Below, piece after piece: positions 59,320 to 64,000 of a stretch of 64,000 nucleotides of DNA. The position numbers were made by a program, and so were the translations under genes. Below the pieces are notes generated by a model, which worked only from the letters and a program-made list of their open reading frames with translations, was not told where the DNA came from and made no database searches. The stretch is from Candidatus Hodarchaeota archaeon. Lineage in GTDB: Archaea > Asgardarchaeota > Lokiarchaeia > Sigyniarchaeales > SOKP01. Position 1 is the stretch's first letter. Every line of letters starts with the position of its first letter. The DNA lies in NCBI GenBank assembly GCA_048887225.1, contig JBHLJY010000001.1:288001-352000 (forward strand), given 5' to 3'.

Positions 59320-61378
59320 AGTCCATACGAAAATTAAATTACTCCCTATCGTTTTCCTTTTCTCTATTTTTATCCCGTTTTTAATTCTGCCGTTCTTTAG
59401 TGTTACGCCTTTTAATCCTTCTTCCAATTCTTCAGAAGAACAAGCTCAAACTAAGTACTATGATGTAAATCCCGTCTCACCTCCTTTACCATCGATGGGA
59501 ATTCATTATTCTAAAATTTTTAACATAAGTGCGTCTGAGGATGATGCTTGGACTAGGAATACCGAAACAAACTATCTTCAAGATAAACTGGAATTAGGTC
59601 GTCAAAATGACCCGGAGAATGACGGGGCTAGAAGAATTTGTTTAAGGTGGAACTTATCGATTCCAGAAGGTTATAATATCGCTAGTGCGTATTTAAATCT
59701 TACATTAAAGTCTAGCAATAATTATGATGGATTTAAAACTACAATTTCCGCATTTGATAATGTATCAACGCCCGATTTTTCAGATACAAGTGAAAATATT
59801 CGAACGAATCGAGAACGAACTAGTGAGATTGTCGTATGGCAAATGCCATATCCTACTATGACCGATGGTAAAACTTATACATCTCCAAATATTGGCACTC
59901 TTTTGCAAAAAATAATAGATCGCGATGATTGGAAAAACAATAGCATTTTTGGTATATATATAGAAGCGGGGGGGGACGAAAGTATTTCTTATGAATTTGT
60001 AGATGGTAGCGAGCGCCTTGATTTCCATTCCTTTGATGGCTCTAACCTGTATAAACCTAAATTAATTGTTGAATGGGAGGATTATCCCGGTTTTAGATCT
60101 ACACCTTCAGATCAAACTATAAATAATAACACTCTAGGGTACCATCTAGAGTGGACCGCTGCGGATGACAATCCAACGAATTATACGATTGAATGTAATT
60201 ATACGGGGTCATTCAAAGAAGTGCAAAACGGTACTTGGCAAACTGATGTTGAGATTAGGTATGATATACCAAAACTCGATATTAGCATTGTTAATTATAC
60301 TATTAATATTACTGATGCTGATGGAAATTTTGATTGGGATTCAGTTCTTATTACTGTTACTGATTTAGGGCTCCCCAGATTCTCTTCCGTTAGACTCTTC
60401 CAAGGGGATGCAAATTTTACTTACGATGAGAGGGATTATTTTATATGTGGTGATGGTCCGTTCACCTTGCAAATGATTAACAGTACTCCAATCAATAATA
60501 TTGAACTTTGGCTTACTGCTTATTATCCAGACTTTTATATAAAATCAAATATTGTGAAGGGGCCTATGTGGGTTGATCCGTATTCTTGGTACGGTTATTA
60601 TGACATAAAGGCTGAATGGATACTCCCTCTGAGATATGATTTAAAGTACGATGCTGTGTCGGGCAGCTTTAGTTTCACGCCCCCCTCGTCAGCTAACTAT
60701 GCATGGGCATTTTGGGCCGTACCCGGAGGGGCGGGGGTACCAATGGTTTTTCACGTAGATTTTAAGACAGTAAACTCTATGAAGTACAAAGTTTTAAATT
60801 TTCTCAACATAACGGTTGATGGGGGGTCAGATTTCACTGTAGGAGATTATATAGTATATGCTCCTGTAAACTATGAAATGTTAAACAAGGATATTCGTCC
60901 ACCAAATATTGGAAATCCAGAATTTATTGAACCGGATGACCCTGACGAGCATTATGAAATATCTTTACGGGTATGGGAAGGTGATGAGTATGAATCAGGA
61001 GTTTCTGAAGTCTTACTTTATTATTCGGTTGATGATGGTACATGGAGAGAAGTTTCCATGTTATTATCTCAAGGATTTTATTATGGGGATATTCCATCAC
61101 AACTAGAAGAGGGAGTGGACTTAGATTATTATATCGTAATTAGAGATGTTGCTGGAAATGAAATTACTACAAGAATATATTCAGAAAAAACCGTTGATTT
61201 TGGAGCGAACCCTGTGATTGTTCCGCTACTCATTCTTATCCTTGCGATGGTCGGAGCAATCTCAACTATATTAATCTACAAATTATGGCGAAGAATATTT
61301 TCAAAAAAATATAAAATGGAAATGAAAATGGAACCTAAAAAAATTAGAAAAAAAATATCGAAATATAAGGAGGCTTGA
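59294..61378 (+). CDS. Surface protein with DNRLRE-like beta-sandwich and Ig-like domains
   Basis: SEDDAW...CLRWNLSIP...KPKLIVEW; VLLYYSVDDG; C-terminal TM. Confidence 0.7.
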   Translation: MRRYMKMNRVHTKIKLLPIVFLFSIFIPFLILPFFSVTPFNPSSNSSEEQAQTKYYDVNPVSPPLPSMGIHYSKIFNISASEDDAWTRNTETNYLQDKLELGRQNDPENDGARRICLRWNLSIPEGYNIASAYLNLTLKSSNNYDGFKTTISAFDNVSTPDFSDTSENIRTNRERTSEIVVWQMPYPTMTDGKTYTSPNIGTLLQKIIDRDDWKNNSIFGIYIEAGGDESISYEFVDGSERLDFHSFDGSNLYKPKLIVEWEDYPGFRSTPSDQTINNNTLGYHLEWTAADDNPTNYTIECNYTGSFKEVQNGTWQTDVEIRYDIPKLDISIVNYTINITDADGNFDWDSVLITVTDLGLPRFSSVRLFQGDANFTYDERDYFICGDGPFTLQMINSTPINNIELWLTAYYPDFYIKSNIVKGPMWVDPYSWYGYYDIKAEWILPLRYDLKYDAVSGSFSFTPPSSANYAWAFWAVPGGAGVPMVFHVDFKTVNSMKYKVLNFLNITVDGGSDFTVGDYIVYAPVNYEMLNKDIRPPNIGNPEFIEPDDPDEHYEISLRVWEGDEYESGVSEVLLYYSVDDGTWREVSMLLSQGFYYGDIPSQLEEGVDLDYYIVIRDVAGNEITTRIYSEKTVDFGANPVIVPLLILILAMVGAISTILIYKLWRRIFSKKYKMEMKMEPKKIRKKISKYKEA

Positions 61379-61383
61379 AAAAA

Positions 61384-64000
61384 ATGAGAGGTAGTAGAAC
61401 ATTAAAAAAAATCGCACCTTTTTTGGTTGTTGTAGGAATTTTTACAGCAATGGCCGCTCCTTTAGCATTACATACAATAAACGAACTAACGCCTTATTTG
61501 AATTTAAGCGATGTGGTGGAGATGCCTGAAGCGACGATGCTTGATAGCTTCGAGATTGTTGATAAAGAATATGATAAAACTGCTGAAGAACGTCTATTTT
61601 CAGTATCAAATACAGAGATTAAAACAACTCATCCTATCTATGAAGTTGATGGAATTTTCCTACAAAGCGAATACGATACTATGAAGTATCCGAGAAATTA
61701 TTTTACTGAAGGAAAAGTATATATCCATGATAACGTAATAGATGTAGGATACAATCCTTTACCAAACTATACATATTCAAATGTACATACTCGTTCGACT
61801 TTTCTAACTAGAGAGGTATTTAACATAAGTCAGTCTGCTGATGATGCTTACATCCAATTTGGACCGCCTATTTACCCCAGTGGGGCTACTCTGGATTTAG
61901 GAGGTGCTAAATTTCTAATAGGCGGTTACCAAATTTGTTTAAGGTGGAATTTATCGATACCAGAAAATTCTAATATCATTTATACATACTTAGATCTTAC
62001 TTTAAAGAGTGCTAATCTTAATGGATTTATTAGTGAATTTTTTACATTTGATAGCATTAATACATCTGATTTTTCAGATACAAATGAAAATATTTATCAG
62101 ACTCGACCACTAATTGAGCCTGGAGTTATATGGGATCTCTACAACAAACCTGTTATCGCTAATGTAACTTGGAAATCTCCAGATATTTCATCTCTTATGA
62201 ACCTTATAATAGGACGTGATGATTGGAAAAACAATAGCATTTTTGGATTATTTTTAGAAGCGGGAGATCTCTATGTTGCCGACCCTGATAGTGACGGAGT
62301 TGAGGACGGGGAGTTTGTAAGTTTCCATTCCTTTGATGGCCCTAATCCCCTGTATAAACCTAAATTAAATGTTGGATGGGAAAAAAAAGCTGACCCTTAT
62401 ACATATAAGAAATTAGAAATAAGTAAAACCTGGCAGCATATCGACACAGGACATAATATATTAAATGTAATTGGAGTTTGGAACACCTCAGATCATTCTT
62501 ATGGAAATCTATATAATGAATCGAATGGAGATTATTTCGATGGAAAACATATTTATTTAAAAACTCCACAACCTCGGAATCAAACATCTCTGTGGTATTC
62601 AATTAAATCAGATGAAGCCCCTGTAGTCGTAGAATATACTATTAAAGAATGGACATCAATAACTTGGCGCTTTAATCTGAAACTCGATAATCGAGGTGAT
62701 AACGATGTAATATTTCCTGCCGCTAACGTTACGCTTAATTATTTAGATGAAAGGTTAGGAGAAGGATGGATCCCTCACACTTACGAAGTTCCGGCTCATC
62801 AGGACGAAATATTTGAGATGTATATAATTATGGAAAACGATAAACAGACTTCACTTTTCGTAAATGCTTTGCTTCTTGGCTTACCAATAGAGTTAATAGG
62901 AATAATGGAGATTTACATTCTCATTGAGGATGCAAATGGAGATCCTCTATTACCTATAAAACAGTCTCAGGAATTTGAATTTTTTGTGCCTGCTGCCGAG
63001 AGAGGACCTCCTCCATTCATCCATTCGCTAAATAGAGGTGGAGTTTCCGCATATGAAGATGTAGAGATTACCATAACAGCGACGGACGAGGGAACCGGAA
63101 TAAATGATCATGGACGGTCATTTATTTACTATTCTGTTGATAACGGTATTTCTTGGGAACAAGCCCAACTGACAGGACCTCCGTGGGATTGGAAATTTAA
63201 GGGTGAATATCTTGGGAGTGGGACTTATCCATTAAATTCAACTTTATCACCACAAACTTATTCAGGAGAAATACCTGGATTTCAAGGGGGCACTCATGTT
63301 CTTTTCTACATTTATCTCGAAGATTATGCTGATAATTATGAGCATAAAAAACCTGGTAATATTGCCATATCCCAAACATATTCGTATGTTGTTCCTTCTG
63401 GTGGTGCATTGCCATCATTTTCGGTTGAGTTTGTGGAAATTATTGAGGATGATGCTGGGGATAAGTTTTTTGACTACATCGAAGAGCACGGTATTAATAT
63501 AAATTATTATTTATATTCAAAAGGCACATGGTTTACAGCTAATTGGGTATTTAAGTATTTACCATATATAACGACTTTTGCCGAAATCCTTTATGACAAG
63601 GATGTTGACCACAATTATGCAAATGACCTTATAGTTATCGATTTACCGACCGCAATTGGGATACTGGCAGATTCAGGTGTAGCTTCAGGTTATTTACTGC
63701 AGGGCCTTGGTATAAATCTTGAAGACTTCTTTACTTACCTTGTAGATCATATTATGTTGCCAGTAAACGATGAATATAGCTACATTGCACAACAAAGACG
63801 AAAAGAGATATTTATTGTTGATAACTTGGAAGGATCTTTTGTAGGGGATTGGAGTTCGATTCCTTCAGATGTAGTAAATGAATATGATGATTCAAAATTT
63901 ACAAAGATTCAACTTAATGACACATACACTATAAAGTATTCTGAGGACGATGCATATACACGGAATACTGGGACAATTTATAACGGCTTAACTCTTGCCT
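61384..64000 (+). CDS. Large surface protein, runs off window edge (not in ORF track)
   Basis: ATG after GGAGG; N-terminal TM; SADDAY...CLRWNLSIP...RDDWKNNSIFG...KPKL domain paralogous to 59294-61378; frame appears open to the window end. Confidence 0.8.
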   Translation, partial: MRGSRTLKKIAPFLVVVGIFTAMAAPLALHTINELTPYLNLSDVVEMPEATMLDSFEIVDKEYDKTAEERLFSVSNTEIKTTHPIYEVDGIFLQSEYDTMKYPRNYFTEGKVYIHDNVIDVGYNPLPNYTYSNVHTRSTFLTREVFNISQSADDAYIQFGPPIYPSGATLDLGGAKFLIGGYQICLRWNLSIPENSNIIYTYLDLTLKSANLNGFISEFFTFDSINTSDFSDTNENIYQTRPLIEPGVIWDLYNKPVIANVTWKSPDISSLMNLIIGRDDWKNNSIFGLFLEAGDLYVADPDSDGVEDGEFVSFHSFDGPNPLYKPKLNVGWEKKADPYTYKKLEISKTWQHIDTGHNILNVIGVWNTSDHSYGNLYNESNGDYFDGKHIYLKTPQPRNQTSLWYSIKSDEAPVVVEYTIKEWTSITWRFNLKLDNRGDNDVIFPAANVTLNYLDERLGEGWIPHTYEVPAHQDEIFEMYIIMENDKQTSLFVNALLLGLPIELIGIMEIYILIEDANGDPLLPIKQSQEFEFFVPAAERGPPPFIHSLNRGGVSAYEDVEITITATDEGTGINDHGRSFIYYSVDNGISWEQAQLTGPPWDWKFKGEYLGSGTYPLNSTLSPQTYSGEIPGFQGGTHVLFYIYLEDYADNYEHKKPGNIAISQTYSYVVPSGGALPSFSVEFVEIIEDDAGDKFFDYIEEHGININYYLYSKGTWFTANWVFKYLPYITTFAEILYDKDVDHNYANDLIVIDLPTAIGILADSGVASGYLLQGLGINLEDFFTYLVDHIMLPVNDEYSYIAQQRRKEIFIVDNLEGSFVGDWSSIPSDVVNEYDDSKFTKIQLNDTYTIKYSEDDAYTRNTGTIYNGLTLA

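Noticed and set aside
1267-63502. Many 60-120 aa ORFs overlapping longer genes (e.g. 1267, 3017, 16239, 38510, 41720, 62360, 63197)
   Set aside because: Antisense or alternate-frame shadows of well-supported CDSs with no recognisable motifs.

Overview
AT-rich archaeal DNA that most likely comes from an Asgard (Lokiarchaeia-like) genome. This is inferred from a eukaryote-type SECIS, a Rag-like GTPase with a roadblock-like tail, a longin-like sensor, Ftr/HdrA/MvhD and an archaeal intron-containing tRNA. Main result: the LsrF-like class I aldolase gene (32560-33374) is interrupted by a 32-nt insert (33212-33243) that folds into a bulge-helix-bulge (BHB). Cutting at the canonical BHB positions restores the frame and the conserved GVDMGRN motif, which makes it a candidate tRNA-type (endonuclease/ligase) intron in an mRNA. 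A tRNA-His in the same window carries a similar 30-nt intron at non-canonical position 45/46. The window also has an hdrA-mvhD/vhuD selenoprotein operon with four in-frame UGA codons and only one visible AUGA-AAA-GA SECIS. Other contents: a putative lipid-modification cluster (five B12-radical SAM enzymes, SCP2, U32, GT2, CDP-alcohol transferase), several genes that appear to need ATA/ATT/ATC starts, a 62-bp perfect inverted repeat between divergent surface-protein genes, and two pseudogene fragments. All calls come from reading the sequence by eye; no database searches were run.
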